Shown: one piece after another, positions 45,242 through 57,549 of the stretch | Numbering within the stretch: position 1 is the first letter of the stretch | How the letters are laid out: every line of letters begins with the position of its first letter | Origin: an uncultured Clostridia bacterium | GTDB lineage: Bacteria > Bacillota_I > Bacilli_A > RF39 > UBA660 | NCBI GenBank assembly: GCA_948433435.1 | Contig: CAOJDX010000001.1 | Span: 17,564-81,563 of the forward strand | Direction of reading: 5' to 3' | Length of the DNA stretch: 64,000 nt | Position numbers and translations under genes: made by a program | The notes under the pieces: model-generated | The model's database searches: none | What the model was told of the DNA's origin: nothing | What the model saw: the letters and a program-made list of their open reading frames with translations, nothing else

Positions 45242-47921
45242 TTAAAATCTTCTCTATACTTTCATATACTTCTTTTAGATTAGAACTGGTTTTTCCGCCA
45301 CCTTGAGCGAAAGTCGGACTTCCTCCCCCATTTCCTTCAGATATTTGTGAAGATATTTTGACTACATATCCCGCATTAATAGTACAATTACTCCGACAAA
45401 TAAAGTTTACAGATTGATCTTCTTTAATATTAACAAAGAAAACAAAACCTTTTTTCATTTCGTTAACTAAATTATCGGCAATTGTTTTTAATAAATTACT
45501 ATCTTTATTTCTTACTTCCATAATCAAAGCTTTTATATCAGAATAGTCCTTAATTTTTTTTCTATACTCATCTAAATTATTTAATACTTTTTCTTCTCTT
45601 AACTTTAAATAATTTTTTTCTAAATCTTTGACTTCCTTTTGTATATAGGCTAATTCGTTTTGATTAAATATAATATCTTTATAACTGGTTGGTTTAGAAT
45701 TATCAATATCTACATCAAAATGTAGTTGAATTCCTCTTTTAGAAGCATCATCCAAAATTCCCTTAGCTTTCATTAATAATTTAATCATTTCATCATTATA
45801 GGGTTTAATTATATTAAATAGAGTTTGATCTATTTTTGTATTAGTAACTGCTTCTATACGATATACATCGCTTCCCTTTGACTCATAGGAGAAAATAGCG
45901 AACTTAAAAATATCTTTGGTATTGCTAGCATGAGTACCTCCACATAATTCAATCGATTTACCCATTTTAACTACTCGAACAATGTCTGAGTATTTTTCAT
46001 CGAACAAGGCCATTGCTCCTAATTTTTTTGCCTTATCAATTGGCATTACTTCAGTGGAAACAATTAATTTATTATTAATTAATTCATTTACCTTTTCTTC
46101 CACTTTTAAAATATCTTCATCGGTTAATTTACCAGAATAAGTAAAATCTAATCTTAAACGTTCATTATCAACATATGAACCAGCTTGTCGAATTTCCTTA
46201 TTAATAACTGTTCTTAGGGCATAATGAAGCAAGTGGACACTACTATGATTTTCCTCAATTTGTTTTCGTCTTTCTTTGTCAGTTACTACTTCACAAGGAT
46301 CACCTAAGTTAATTTTGCCATCTAGAAGTTTTATTTTATGAATATTTTGACCATTTGGAGCTTTAAAAACATCTACTACTCTAGCTTTAAAGTTTTTCCC
46401 AATAATCATTCCTGTATCATTAATTTGTCCTCCCTGAGTAGCATATAGACAAGTTCTTTCTAAAGCAATATAACCATCATGATCTAGACTTTTTAATAAA
46501 CTATCTTTAGCAAATATAGCTAATACTTTTGTTTTGATTCTATATAGGCTATATACAAACTCTGATTTATCTGTAAAGTCTATAAGAATTTGCTTTTCAC
46601 TGGCCATAGAAGCTTTAGAGCGAGAAGCCTTTTTGGCTAACTCTTTTTGAGAATTCATATATTTTTCAAACTCTTCTTTATTTGTTCTATATCCTAATTC
46701 ATGTAGATATTCTTCTGTTAATTCAAATGGAAAACCATAGGTGTCATAAAGTTTAAAGGCATCTTTACCACTTAATATTCCATCTTTAGAATTTTGAACC
46801 ATTTGTTTTAAAATTCTTTCTCCCTCATTAAGAGTTGCTAAAAATAATCTTTCTTCTTCTAAGATTTTGGTTTCAATTAGTGCCTGATTTTTTCTTAAGT
46901 ATGGATAAGATTCTTCCATAATGCCAATTACTGTACTCACTAACTTGTAAATAAAACTTTCTGTTATTCCCAATCTTTTACCAGAGCGAACACTTCTTCT
47001 TAATAGTCTTCTTAAAACATATCCTCTACCAGAATTAGAGAAAGTAGCTCCATCAGCTAGGGCAAAGGTCACTGCTCTAATATGATCTGCAATAATTTTA
47101 AAATCAGTTTGACCTTGATAATGAATTCCTGAAATATCTTCAATGTGCTTAATAATTGGGATGAATAAATCTGTTTCGAAGTTACTATCAGCATCTTGAA
47201 AAATCAAACACCATCTTTCAAGACCTGCTCCGGTATCAATATTTTTGTGAGGTAATTCTTTATATTCCTCTCGTGGAGTATCTTCGACAGAATTGAATTG
47301 TGAAAAAACATTGTTCCAAATTTCGATAAAACGCTCTTGCTCTTCATCTTGTTTGAATTTTTCCAAAGCATCATGATTAGGATCATATTTTTCTCCACGA
47401 TCATAGAAAATTTCACTATCTGGACCGCATGGGCCTGAACCAATTTCCCAAAAATTTCCTTCTAATGGCACTATATGATCTTGAGACATTCCTACTTCTA
47501 ACCATTTTTTGTAAGCCTCTTCATCATTTGTGTAAGTGGTAACATATAATTTTTCTTTAGGAATCGCAAAATATTCTTTACTAGTTAATAGATCCCAGGC
47601 AAATTCAATTGCTTCTCTTTTAAAATAATCTCCAATAGAAAAATTTCCCATCATTTCAAAAAAAGTTTGATGTCTCTTGGTTACTCCGACGTTTTCAATA
47701 TCATTTGTTCTGATACATTTTTGAATATTTGTAAGTCTTTTGTTACTAGGTATTTCTGTTCCATCAAAATACTTTTTCAAAGGAGTTACTCCAGCATTTA
47801 TCCATAAAAGAGAATCATCATTAACTGGAACTAATGATGCGCTTTTCACGATTTCGTGTCCTTTCTTAGAAAAATAGTCTAACCACATGTTTCTTATTTC
47901 TATATGAGTCATTTTTTTCAT
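45231..47921 (-). CDS. alaS: alanine--tRNA ligase
   Basis: 896 aa. IR..WLDYF..KGH, class II core, editing-domain HSS.HLLH, CGGTH, C-terminal DHHA1 GGGSPTFAQGGG. Confidence 0.95.
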   Translation of the reverse strand: MKKMTHIEIRNMWLDYFSKKGHEIVKSASLVPVNDDSLLWINAGVTPLKKYFDGTEIPSNKRLTNIQKCIRTNDIENVGVTKRHQTFFEMMGNFSIGDYFKREAIEFAWDLLTSKEYFAIPKEKLYVTTYTNDEEAYKKWLEVGMSQDHIVPLEGNFWEIGSGPCGPDSEIFYDRGEKYDPNHDALEKFKQDEEQERFIEIWNNVFSQFNSVEDTPREEYKELPHKNIDTGAGLERWCLIFQDADSNFETDLFIPIIKHIEDISGIHYQGQTDFKIIADHIRAVTFALADGATFSNSGRGYVLRRLLRRSVRSGKRLGITESFIYKLVSTVIGIMEESYPYLRKNQALIETKILEEERLFLATLNEGERILKQMVQNSKDGILSGKDAFKLYDTYGFPFELTEEYLHELGYRTNKEEFEKYMNSQKELAKKASRSKASMASEKQILIDFTDKSEFVYSLYRIKTKVLAIFAKDSLLKSLDHDGYIALERTCLYATQGGQINDTGMIIGKNFKARVVDVFKAPNGQNIHKIKLLDGKINLGDPCEVVTDKERRKQIEENHSSVHLLHYALRTVINKEIRQAGSYVDNERLRLDFTYSGKLTDEDILKVEEKVNELINNKLIVSTEVMPIDKAKKLGAMALFDEKYSDIVRVVKMGKSIELCGGTHASNTKDIFKFAIFSYESKGSDVYRIEAVTNTKIDQTLFNIIKPYNDEMIKLLMKAKGILDDASKRGIQLHFDVDIDNSKPTSYKDIIFNQNELAYIQKEVKDLEKNYLKLREEKVLNNLDEYRKKIKDYSDIKALIMEVRNKDSNLLKTIADNLVNEMKKGFVFFVNIKEDQSVNFICRSNCTINAGYVVKISSQISEGNGGGSPTFAQGGGKTSSNLKEVYESIEKILNEE

Positions 47922-48481
47922 TACTTTCCACCTTCTTTATTAATTGCCTTAATAATTTCATCTAATCTTTGGTAATAATCATCTAAATTACCACTGTTAT
48001 AAATATAATAATCTGCAAAGGCAATAACACCACCTTTTGTTAAATTTTCAATCTCACTGATATCTCTTTCTTTAGCCTCCTTTGGAGTAAAAGGTCTAAT
48101 TTTTCTCTTTTGCATTCTTTCGTATCGTTTTTCTTTATCTGCAAGAATTCCAATTATACATAAATTGTGAGGATATTCTTGCTGAAGAATTAAAAGTTCT
48201 TCCCAGGAGTAAAGACTATCTAAAACTACATTTTTGTCTTTTAATTTTTCCTTGATCGCTGGTAAAAGTAATTTAGCGATTACTCCCATACCATGTTCTT
48301 GGCGTAGCCTTTCACGGATAATCTTTTCGTTTTGAGGATTTACTTCCATATTTTCCTCTCGTAGTTTATTTATAACCACACTACCAAAGTGAATTCTTTC
48401 ATAACCTTTTTCCTTAAAATAGTTACTGGCAACACTTTTTCCACTGCCTGCCATTCCAACTATAGCAATTACTTGATTCAT
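47921..48481 (-). CDS. P-loop nucleotide kinase-like protein (UPF0200/dephospho-CoA-kinase-like)
   Basis: ATG at 48481 after GAAGGAGG. Walker A IVGMAGSGKS. 186 aa. Its stop overlaps the alaS start (TAATG). Confidence 0.5.
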   Translation of the reverse strand: MNQVIAIVGMAGSGKSVASNYFKEKGYERIHFGSVVINKLREENMEVNPQNEKIIRERLRQEHGMGVIAKLLLPAIKEKLKDKNVVLDSLYSWEELLILQQEYPHNLCIIGILADKEKRYERMQKRKIRPFTPKEAKERDISEIENLTKGGVIAFADYYIYNSGNLDDYYQRLDEIIKAINKEGGK

Positions 48482-48499
48482 AAATCCTCCTTCACACAA

Positions 48500-48650
48500 A
48501 TAAAAGACCTTTTTAGGAGGACATCATGTGCCCGGTACCATCCTAAAATTGGTCTTAATTATTGATAACGGTTTTCCCGATAAAACTCCAAAGTAGCTTT
48601 CCTAAAATGTGTTAGCTTTCACCTAGTCTAACTCTCTATAGTTTATTTTA
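48500..48650 (-). promoter_or_regulatory. T-box riboswitch leader (probable Ala specifier GCU)
   Basis: Minus strand shows Stem I elements AGAGAG (rc of 48632-48637) and GGTGAAA, and a specifier-loop candidate GAAA-GCU-A (GCT is the rc of 48595-48597). The T-box sequence is AATTTTAGGATGGTACCGGGCAC (rc of 48528-48550). Terminator arms at 48541-48556 and 48502-48518 are followed by TTTTATTT. Confidence 0.8.
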
Positions 48651-48673
48651 GTACTTTTCTTTATCTTCGTTTT

Positions 48674-49816
48674 TTAACTATTTTTTATGGTTTCTAATAA
48701 ATTGTCAATTAAATGTAATTTTTCATTTGTAAAGCCAAAAATAATCTTTATCGTTGCCACTAATGGAGTAGCAACAATCATTCCTATGATACCAAAGAAA
48801 TGTCCAAAAATCAATAGGCCGATCATAATTACTACAGGGTGTAATTTCATGGTATGTCCCATAATTAATGGTTGATAAAAATTATTTTCTAAAGTCTGTA
48901 CAATAATAATGGAAATAATGGTAAATATTCCTGTAGCAGGAGAAATGGTAAACCCTACAATGATCGCTGGCACTGCCCCAATCCATGGCCCAAAATATGG
49001 AATAACGTCCGTAATCGCACAAAATAGTGCGAATATTAATGGTGCTTTTAAACCTGCTAAAGATAAGCCAATTGCCTGACTAATGAAAACTAATAGCATT
49101 ACTAATAGAACTCCTTGGACGTAACTTCTTAAAGAACTATTAATTCTTCTAATTAGATCTTTGGTATTTTCGTGATATTTTTCGGGAATGATTCCATAAA
49201 CTTTTTGTGTAATTAAATGATAATCATAAGATAAGTAAAAACTAATCATTAATCCTAAAATAAAGGTTGTTAATAAGGAAATAAAACTTTTGGTCCCACC
49301 AATTAACGTTTCAGGTAAAGTTGTTGAGAAACTAGTACTAATGTCTCCTACTGTCTTAAAGATATTTTTCTTAATGTTATGAATACTAGCACTATCACTG
49401 TTTCCTAAAATATTGTTAATCAGTTCTTTTAATTCCTCTAAAATATTAGGCATAGCTGCTATTAAGTCTTTTATTTGACTAACAAAGTTCGGAATAACTA
49501 AGGCTAAAATTAATATGATTAACCCTATTAGAATAGTATAAACAATTATACAAGCAACTACTTTAGGAACTTTCTTTTCAATTAGTTTATCGATTATTGG
49601 TGAGAGTAACCAAGCAAAAAGTAAGCCAATAAATAAAGGTGAAATTACTTTGAGAAAATCACACATAAAAGCAAAAACGTGAAGCTTGTTTAAAATATAG
49701 ATACTTAAAGAAATAATGGCAATTGCTACTAATAAGTTTAAATAATGAGCTAAGTTTTTATATTCTTTAATACATTTATTTAAGTTGGATATATTGATTT
49801 TTTCTTTTTCCTTCAT
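48674..49816 (-). CDS. AI-2E family transporter (PerM/UPF0118)
   Basis: 380 aa, ~8 TM segments. Signature ...ITDVIPYFGPWIGAVPAIIVGF.... Confidence 0.8.
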   Translation of the reverse strand: MKEKEKINISNLNKCIKEYKNLAHYLNLLVAIAIISLSIYILNKLHVFAFMCDFLKVISPLFIGLLFAWLLSPIIDKLIEKKVPKVVACIIVYTILIGLIILILALVIPNFVSQIKDLIAAMPNILEELKELINNILGNSDSASIHNIKKNIFKTVGDISTSFSTTLPETLIGGTKSFISLLTTFILGLMISFYLSYDYHLITQKVYGIIPEKYHENTKDLIRRINSSLRSYVQGVLLVMLLVFISQAIGLSLAGLKAPLIFALFCAITDVIPYFGPWIGAVPAIIVGFTISPATGIFTIISIIIVQTLENNFYQPLIMGHTMKLHPVVIMIGLLIFGHFFGIIGMIVATPLVATIKIIFGFTNEKLHLIDNLLETIKNS

Positions 49817-49962
49817 AAAGACCTCCTATTGGTATATTATAGCAAAATATTATGCTAAATAAAAGGATAAGATAGTTAAATTTTAAAATATAGGATATAA
49901 TTATTTTAATCGTTATTTTTAAAAATATTTATAAAGTTCGACATCTAAATAAAAAAGAAAGG

Positions 49963-50565
49963 ATGTATCTGATTATGAAAACAATTAAAGATAAAGTTAT
50001 GAGTGAATTGATCATCAAAAATTCTAGATTTATTTGTCTTATTTATCATGTTGATAGTATAGAAGTTATTTCCTATTATTTGAAAGAAATACAAAGCCTC
50101 TATCCTAAAGCTTCCCATTATTGTTATGCCTATCTTTTGAATGATTTAAAAAAAACAAGCGATGATGGAGAACCATCTAAAACAGCGGGAATGCCCATTT
50201 TAAATGTCTTGGAAAAGGAAGGTTTGACTAATGTTTTATGTATTGTGGTCCGATACTTTGGGGGTATTAAGTTAGGAGCTGGTGGATTAGTTAGAGCTTA
50301 CTCTAAAAGTACTAGTGAATGTCTCAAAAAAGCTCAAATTATTAATTTGGTTCCTGGTTATATCCTTCGAGTTGTTTGTAGTTATGAACAAATTAGAGAA
50401 CTGGAGTATTTGTTAATTGGAAAACGTATTATAGATAAACAATATTTGGAAAAAGCTGAATATCAGATACAAGCGACAGAAAATTTTCTTTCTATTTTAA
50501 AAGAGAAAGGATATTCTTATCAAATTCTTCAAGTATGTTATATCGAAGATATAGATAAAATATAG
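49963..50565 (+). CDS. yigZ: YigZ/IMPACT family protein
   Basis: 200 aa. NSRFI...........ASHYCYAY......SDDGEPSKTAGMPIL.VL.........VVRYFGGIKLGAGGLVRAY. An alternative start is at 49975. Confidence 0.8.
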   Translation: MYLIMKTIKDKVMSELIIKNSRFICLIYHVDSIEVISYYLKEIQSLYPKASHYCYAYLLNDLKKTSDDGEPSKTAGMPILNVLEKEGLTNVLCIVVRYFGGIKLGAGGLVRAYSKSTSECLKKAQIINLVPGYILRVVCSYEQIRELEYLLIGKRIIDKQYLEKAEYQIQATENFLSILKEKGYSYQILQVCYIEDIDKI

Positions 50566-50590
50566 ATAAAGGCGAGAAACTACTCTCGCC

Positions 50591-50893
50591 TTATTTTAAT
50601 AATTGTTCTATTTCATTACTGTTTTTAAATCCAGATTCCTTCTTTTCTAGATTACCATTTTTGAAAACTAATAATGTAGGTACACTCATAATGGTATATT
50701 CTTTCGCTAAATTTGGATGTTGATCAACATCTACTTTAATGATTTTTACTTCTTCATGAGTTTTTTCATAACTCTCTAGTACTGGTGCTAACATTTTACA
50801 AGGACCACACCATGTTGCAAAGAAATCTACTAAAACAATAGAGTCCTTAATTTCTTCTTGAAAATTACTTTCTTTTTCTAATAGTTTAATCAT
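50591..50893 (-). CDS. trxA: thioredoxin
   Basis: 100 aa. [16 protein letters not shown] active site, SVPTL. Confidence 0.95.
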   Translation of the reverse strand: MIKLLEKESNFQEEIKDSIVLVDFFATWCGPCKMLAPVLESYEKTHEEVKIIKVDVDQHPNLAKEYTIMSVPTLLVFKNGNLEKKESGFKNSNEIEQLLK

Positions 50894-50902
50894 TTTAGTC
50901 TC

Positions 50903-51628
50903 CTATCTGTATTTATTCAAAACTTTATCGATATTCTTCATATCTGATAATTTGTTTTGCTCTCTTAAATTTTCTATCGTATCAACCGATATAATATTGT
51001 ATTTTAGCATAATATCTAACATTTCTAAATTATATTGATTAGAATTTGCTACTTTATTTGAATCTTTACTGATTTTAGTTGTTAAAGTATAAATATCTGT
51101 AGTAGTATTATTCAAATTTTTAGATAAGTTAGTTAATATTGGTGTATTTTTTAAAATAATATTGGTTGATTTTGCCTCGTGAAAATACACATTGTCAGCT
51201 AATGGAACTGAGATAATTGTTAAAATAACGAAGCAAAAAAGATACCCACTAATTAAACCTACTATTCCTCCTAAGATGGATGATGCTGTGTTAAAGATTA
51301 AAAGACTACTTACTAATTTATCAACGACTTTGGTTAGACTTACTACTAATCTGAAAATACCATTAACAATCAAATAGACAATCGCAAAAGCGATAATTTG
51401 ATAAACTAAGATATTTAAAGCAGATAAACTTATTCCTAAGAGTCCTAAACTAAGGAATGGCATAAATTTATAAAAAATTCCTGCTACACTTCCCATTAAA
51501 CTAAAGGAAAGAATCAAGGTAAGAATCGTTCCTACTACATCAACCGTCTCTTTAATAACTCCCCTTCTTAACCCTGAAATTACGCATAGCAATATAAACA
51601 GGATTACAACAATATCTATTATATTCAT
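50903..51628 (-). CDS. cvpA: CvpA family membrane protein
   Basis: 241 aa. MNIIDIVVILFILLCVISGLRRG N-terminus, four TM segments and a soluble C-terminal extension. Divergent from rnhC, as in Bacillus. Confidence 0.7.
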   Translation of the reverse strand: MNIIDIVVILFILLCVISGLRRGVIKETVDVVGTILTLILSFSLMGSVAGIFYKFMPFLSLGLLGISLSALNILVYQIIAFAIVYLIVNGIFRLVVSLTKVVDKLVSSLLIFNTASSILGGIVGLISGYLFCFVILTIISVPLADNVYFHEAKSTNIILKNTPILTNLSKNLNNTTTDIYTLTTKISKDSNKVANSNQYNLEMLDIMLKYNIISVDTIENLREQNKLSDMKNIDKVLNKYR

Positions 51629-51700
51629 TTTCTCACTCTCCTAGAATAATTATAGCATAAAATTTGGAAATAAGGTATAATATTTTTAGGAGTTGATGGA

Positions 51701-52600
51701 ATGAATGTTGTTTTTAAAGTAAATGATGAAATAAAAAATAAGATGATTCAGTATTATGCCGATAAGAAAAAGGATAAAGAGATCCCTTATGTTGTTTTTC
51801 AGGCAGTTGATCAGGATACTGTTATTACATTGTATACTTCTAATAAGGTCATGTTTCAAGGAGTTAGTGCTGATGTAGATGCTACTATGTGGAAAGAAAT
51901 GATGGGGATTACTGATCAACCTAAAGAGGATTTTTCTAAATATCGGCAATGTAGTTCTGTTGGTAGCGATGAAGTGGGAACTGGAGATTATTTTGGACCA
52001 ATTGTTGTTACTGCTGTTTTCGTTCCCCTTGAAGATATTTCTTATTTAGAAGAAATTGGTGTCGGTGATTCTAAAAAAATAAGTGATGATAAAATTTTAA
52101 AAATTGCTCCTTTAATTGCTAAAAGAGTTAAATATCGAAGTATTATTCTAAGTAATCAAGAATACAACGAAAAGTATTCTCAAAATGTCAATATGAATAA
52201 AATAAAGGCTATTATGCATAATAAAGTTTTATATCAACTTATGACTGAAGAAAAACCTAGGGTCGATTATATTATTGTTGATGAGTTTGCTAGAGAAGCT
52301 AGATATTATGATTATATTAAGGAAGATTCTAATATACAAAAAGGAATTACTTTTATGACTAAAGCAGAAGATAAAAACTTAGCTGTAGCTTGTGCTTCTA
52401 TTATTAGTCGATATATCTTTTTAAAAAAGTTTGATGAATTATGTGATCAGGTGGGACTTCCACTTCCTAAGGGAGCTGGTCGAGAGGTAGATCTTATTGG
52501 AGAAGAATTGGTAGACAAATATGGTTCTGATCAATTAAAAGAAGTAGCAAAAATAAATTTTAAGAATACTGAAAGAATTCTTCATACAATGATCTATTAA
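51701..52600 (+). CDS. rnhC: ribonuclease HIII
   Basis: 299 aa. N-terminal DUF3378-like domain and catalytic GSDEVGTGDYFGP, VDEF. Confidence 0.9.
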   Translation: MNVVFKVNDEIKNKMIQYYADKKKDKEIPYVVFQAVDQDTVITLYTSNKVMFQGVSADVDATMWKEMMGITDQPKEDFSKYRQCSSVGSDEVGTGDYFGPIVVTAVFVPLEDISYLEEIGVGDSKKISDDKILKIAPLIAKRVKYRSIILSNQEYNEKYSQNVNMNKIKAIMHNKVLYQLMTEEKPRVDYIIVDEFAREARYYDYIKEDSNIQKGITFMTKAEDKNLAVACASIISRYIFLKKFDELCDQVGLPLPKGAGREVDLIGEELVDKYGSDQLKEVAKINFKNTERILHTMIY

Positions 52601-52656
52601 AGGGAATAAAGTTCTCTTTTTTCTTTGTCTAAAGTTATGTGTATCAGTGATTAAGA

Positions 52657-52689
52657 GTAAAAAAGGAACTCTATATAAAAATAGAGTTC
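52657..52689 (-). terminator. rho-independent terminator after dnaJ
   Basis: 9-bp stem GAACTCTAT/ATAGAGTTC with a 6-nt loop, followed on the minus strand by CTTTTTTAC. Confidence 0.7.
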
Positions 52690-52695
52690 TTGATA

Positions 52696-53826
52696 TTATT
52701 GATTGCTTTGAGTAAACTTGTCAAATTTTTCTATTTCAGGGTCAACTAAGTCAGTTTTATTTAATTGTTCTATTAATTTCTTTTGATCCCGTGAAAGTTT
52801 TTTAGGTGTAATTACCTTAAAGGTAACATACATATTCCCCTTAGAATGTTTTGCTTTATTGTCTACACCCTTCCCTTTAATTCTTTGAATGTCCCCACTA
52901 TCAGTAGCTGCTGGTATTGCTAACTTTATAGGTCCATATAAAGTAGGTATTTCTTTTTTACAGCCTAGTATTGCTTCTGTAATAGTAATTGGCACCTCTA
53001 AATAAATGTCATTGTCTTCTCTTTTAAAATATTCATGTTCTTTGACTATAAATTCTAAATATAAATCACCAGGTAATCCTCCATTCACTCCAGGATTTCC
53101 TTTTTTGGCTACACGTAAACGATCTCCTGTTGCAATTCCTGCAGGAACATTAATAGTAAGAGTTTTATGTTTCTTTACCTGCCCTTCTCCATGACAATCT
53201 TTACATTTGGTTTCATAAGTCTTTCCTGTTCCTCGACAATCTGGACATGTTGTTTTAGAAACAAAAGATCCTAAAATAGTATGTTGTTCAGTTGTAATTG
53301 TTCCACTTCCATGACATTTACTACAAGTCTTGGAGTTTAGTCCCCCTTTTCCGTTACAGGTCGAACATTCCTCAATAACATCTAATTCCAAGTCTTTTTC
53401 ACAACCATAAATTGCTTCTTCAAAAGTTAAATTCATTCTTCTTAATACATCACTGCCGTCTTGTCTTCTAGGACCTGAAGATCTAGAACTAGAAAATCCA
53501 CCTCCGAAAAAGGAATCAAAAATATCTCCTAGATCAATATCACTAGCATCAAAACCGAAACCAGATCCACCAAAACCTCCAAATCCTCCTGCTGAAGAAT
53601 TTACTCCAGCATGCCCAAACTGATCATATTGCTTTCTTTTCTTTTCATCACTCAAAACTTCATAGGCTTCTTGAGCTTCTTTAAATTTGTCAGCTGCAGT
53701 TGGATCATCTTTATTTAAATCTGGATGATATTTTTTAGCAAGTTTTCTAAAGGCACTTTTAATTTCGCTTTCAGTTGCACTTTTAGAAACACCTAATACC
53801 TCATAATAATCTCTTTTGTCTGACAT
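52696..53826 (-). CDS. dnaJ: molecular chaperone DnaJ
   Basis: 376 aa. J-domain YYEVLGV...HPD, G/F-rich linker, four CxxCxGxG zinc-finger repeats. Confidence 0.97.
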   Translation of the reverse strand: MSDKRDYYEVLGVSKSATESEIKSAFRKLAKKYHPDLNKDDPTAADKFKEAQEAYEVLSDEKKRKQYDQFGHAGVNSSAGGFGGFGGSGFGFDASDIDLGDIFDSFFGGGFSSSRSSGPRRQDGSDVLRRMNLTFEEAIYGCEKDLELDVIEECSTCNGKGGLNSKTCSKCHGSGTITTEQHTILGSFVSKTTCPDCRGTGKTYETKCKDCHGEGQVKKHKTLTINVPAGIATGDRLRVAKKGNPGVNGGLPGDLYLEFIVKEHEYFKREDNDIYLEVPITITEAILGCKKEIPTLYGPIKLAIPAATDSGDIQRIKGKGVDNKAKHSKGNMYVTFKVITPKKLSRDQKKLIEQLNKTDLVDPEIEKFDKFTQSNQ

Positions 53827-53838
53827 TTTATCACCTCA

Positions 53839-55659
53839 CTACTTTTCGTTATAAACTTTTTTGAAATTGTCTAAAGTTTCTCTAAACAAGTTAATTGCAC
53901 TTTCGAAAACTTTTCTATCTGTTAAATCAATGTCGATTATTTTTAAAACTTCTAATGGATAATCTTTTCCGCCTGATTTTAAGAATTCAAGATATTTTTC
54001 TTTAAAACCAGGTGTATTATTGATGATATTTTCAGCTACATAACAAGAAATTGATAAGCTTGTGGCATATTGATAAACATAGAACGGAGTATAAAAATGG
54101 GGAATTCTTAACCATTCATATTTTATCTCATCATCTACTATAACATTTGGTCCAAAGTATTCTTTATTTAATTCATAATACATTTCGCATAAATAATCTG
54201 ATGTTAAAACACCACCTTGATCTACATAGTCATGAGCATTTTTTTCAAATTCAGCAAACATTGTTTGACGATAAATCGTCGCTTTGAATAAATCTAATTT
54301 TTCATTTAAAATATTTAATTTCTCTGTTTTGTTCGTCGAATGTTCGTACATATAATGACTTAATAATAATTCATTGGTAGTGGATGCGATTTCTGCTAGA
54401 AAGATAGGATATGTAGCTGTTATATATGGATTATAAGTATTTGTATAATGGGAATGCATAGAATGCCCTAATTCATGAGCTAAAGTACTGACATCATTAT
54501 AAGTGTTGGTATAATTTAGTAGAACATAAGGAAGTGTGTCATAACTACCAGTTGAATAGGCTCCTCCTCTTTTACCAAGGTTAGGATACTTATCGATCCA
54601 ACCCGCAGTAAAGGCACTTTTTAAAGTGGTTAAATATTCGTCTCCTAGTATGCTTAAAGCATTTATTGCTAATTTTTCTGCTTCTTCAAAAGTATATTCC
54701 TTTTCATTATCTTGAATTACCTTCACATAGCCATCATATAGATGAAATTCATTTAGACCTAAAATTTCTTTTTTTACCTTATAGTATTCATATAAAATAT
54801 CAAGATTGTCTTTTACAGTTTGAATTAAATTATTATATAATTGAACAGGTATTTTTTTAGGTTGTAAATACATGTTAATAGATGAATCATATTTTCTTAG
54901 ACGTGCTGAGATTGAATCATAATTTACCGTTTGTGTATAAGTTGAAGTTAAGGTATTTTTGAAATTTCCGAATGTTGATTGCAACTTTTGAAAAGCACTT
55001 TTTCTAACTTCTCTATTTTTTGATTGCATAAAATTAGAATAATTAGCTTCAGTTAGTTCAATTTCCTGACCCTTTTCATTCTGAATAGTTCCAAATTTCA
55101 TATCAGCATTCATTAAATAAGAAGATGTTTCGCTATTTTCTGATAATACTGGAATATAGGCAGATAAGGCCTTTTCAACTTCTGCTCCTAAAATATGTTC
55201 TTTTTTGATTAGTATTTGATCAAAGAAATGCTTATATGACTGTAGTTCTTTTTTTTGCTCGTCAAGATATTGAACTATTATTTCTTTTTTTGTATTCAAA
55301 ATTTTGGGAATTACAGAAGATGTACTTTCATTATATTTTGCATACATATTGGTAATTTTACCATTTAATTCTTGATAGATAGAATCACCTTTATCTTCAT
55401 CACTTTTACAATTAGCATAAACTCCTAGTTTTTCTAATATTCTTGAAGTTTTTTCATCTTGAACAAAGAAGTTTTTAAAGTTAATGGAATTTTCTAGAAA
55501 GTTTTTCTCTAATTTTATTAATTTGCTTAATTCTTGATCAAAATTTTTTAAATCTTGTTCAAAGGCTTCAATGTTGGGATAAATCTCCTCTATTTTCCAT
55601 TTATCACTGCTTTTAATATCCTCTCTTTTTTTTAATTTATCCATTATTTCTCCTATCAT
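53839..55659 (-). CDS. pepF: oligoendopeptidase F (M3B)
   Basis: 606 aa. Zinc motif HELGHSMH and M3B architecture. An alternative start is at 55644 (MDKLKK). Confidence 0.88.
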   Translation of the reverse strand: MIGEIMDKLKKREDIKSSDKWKIEEIYPNIEAFEQDLKNFDQELSKLIKLEKNFLENSINFKNFFVQDEKTSRILEKLGVYANCKSDEDKGDSIYQELNGKITNMYAKYNESTSSVIPKILNTKKEIIVQYLDEQKKELQSYKHFFDQILIKKEHILGAEVEKALSAYIPVLSENSETSSYLMNADMKFGTIQNEKGQEIELTEANYSNFMQSKNREVRKSAFQKLQSTFGNFKNTLTSTYTQTVNYDSISARLRKYDSSINMYLQPKKIPVQLYNNLIQTVKDNLDILYEYYKVKKEILGLNEFHLYDGYVKVIQDNEKEYTFEEAEKLAINALSILGDEYLTTLKSAFTAGWIDKYPNLGKRGGAYSTGSYDTLPYVLLNYTNTYNDVSTLAHELGHSMHSHYTNTYNPYITATYPIFLAEIASTTNELLLSHYMYEHSTNKTEKLNILNEKLDLFKATIYRQTMFAEFEKNAHDYVDQGGVLTSDYLCEMYYELNKEYFGPNVIVDDEIKYEWLRIPHFYTPFYVYQYATSLSISCYVAENIINNTPGFKEKYLEFLKSGGKDYPLEVLKIIDIDLTDRKVFESAINLFRETLDNFKKVYNEK

Positions 55660-55707
55660 AATATTAAGAAGTAGTCGTAAATAAGGCTACTTCTAATACT
55701 TTTTCTT

Positions 55708-57531
<1,824 letters not shown>

Positions 57532-57549
57532 TTATCTCTCCTTTATTGT

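Noticed and set aside
51686-51949. 87-aa minus-strand ORF overlapping the rnhC start
   Set aside because: It is antisense to the well-supported RNase HIII gene and has shadow-ORF composition.
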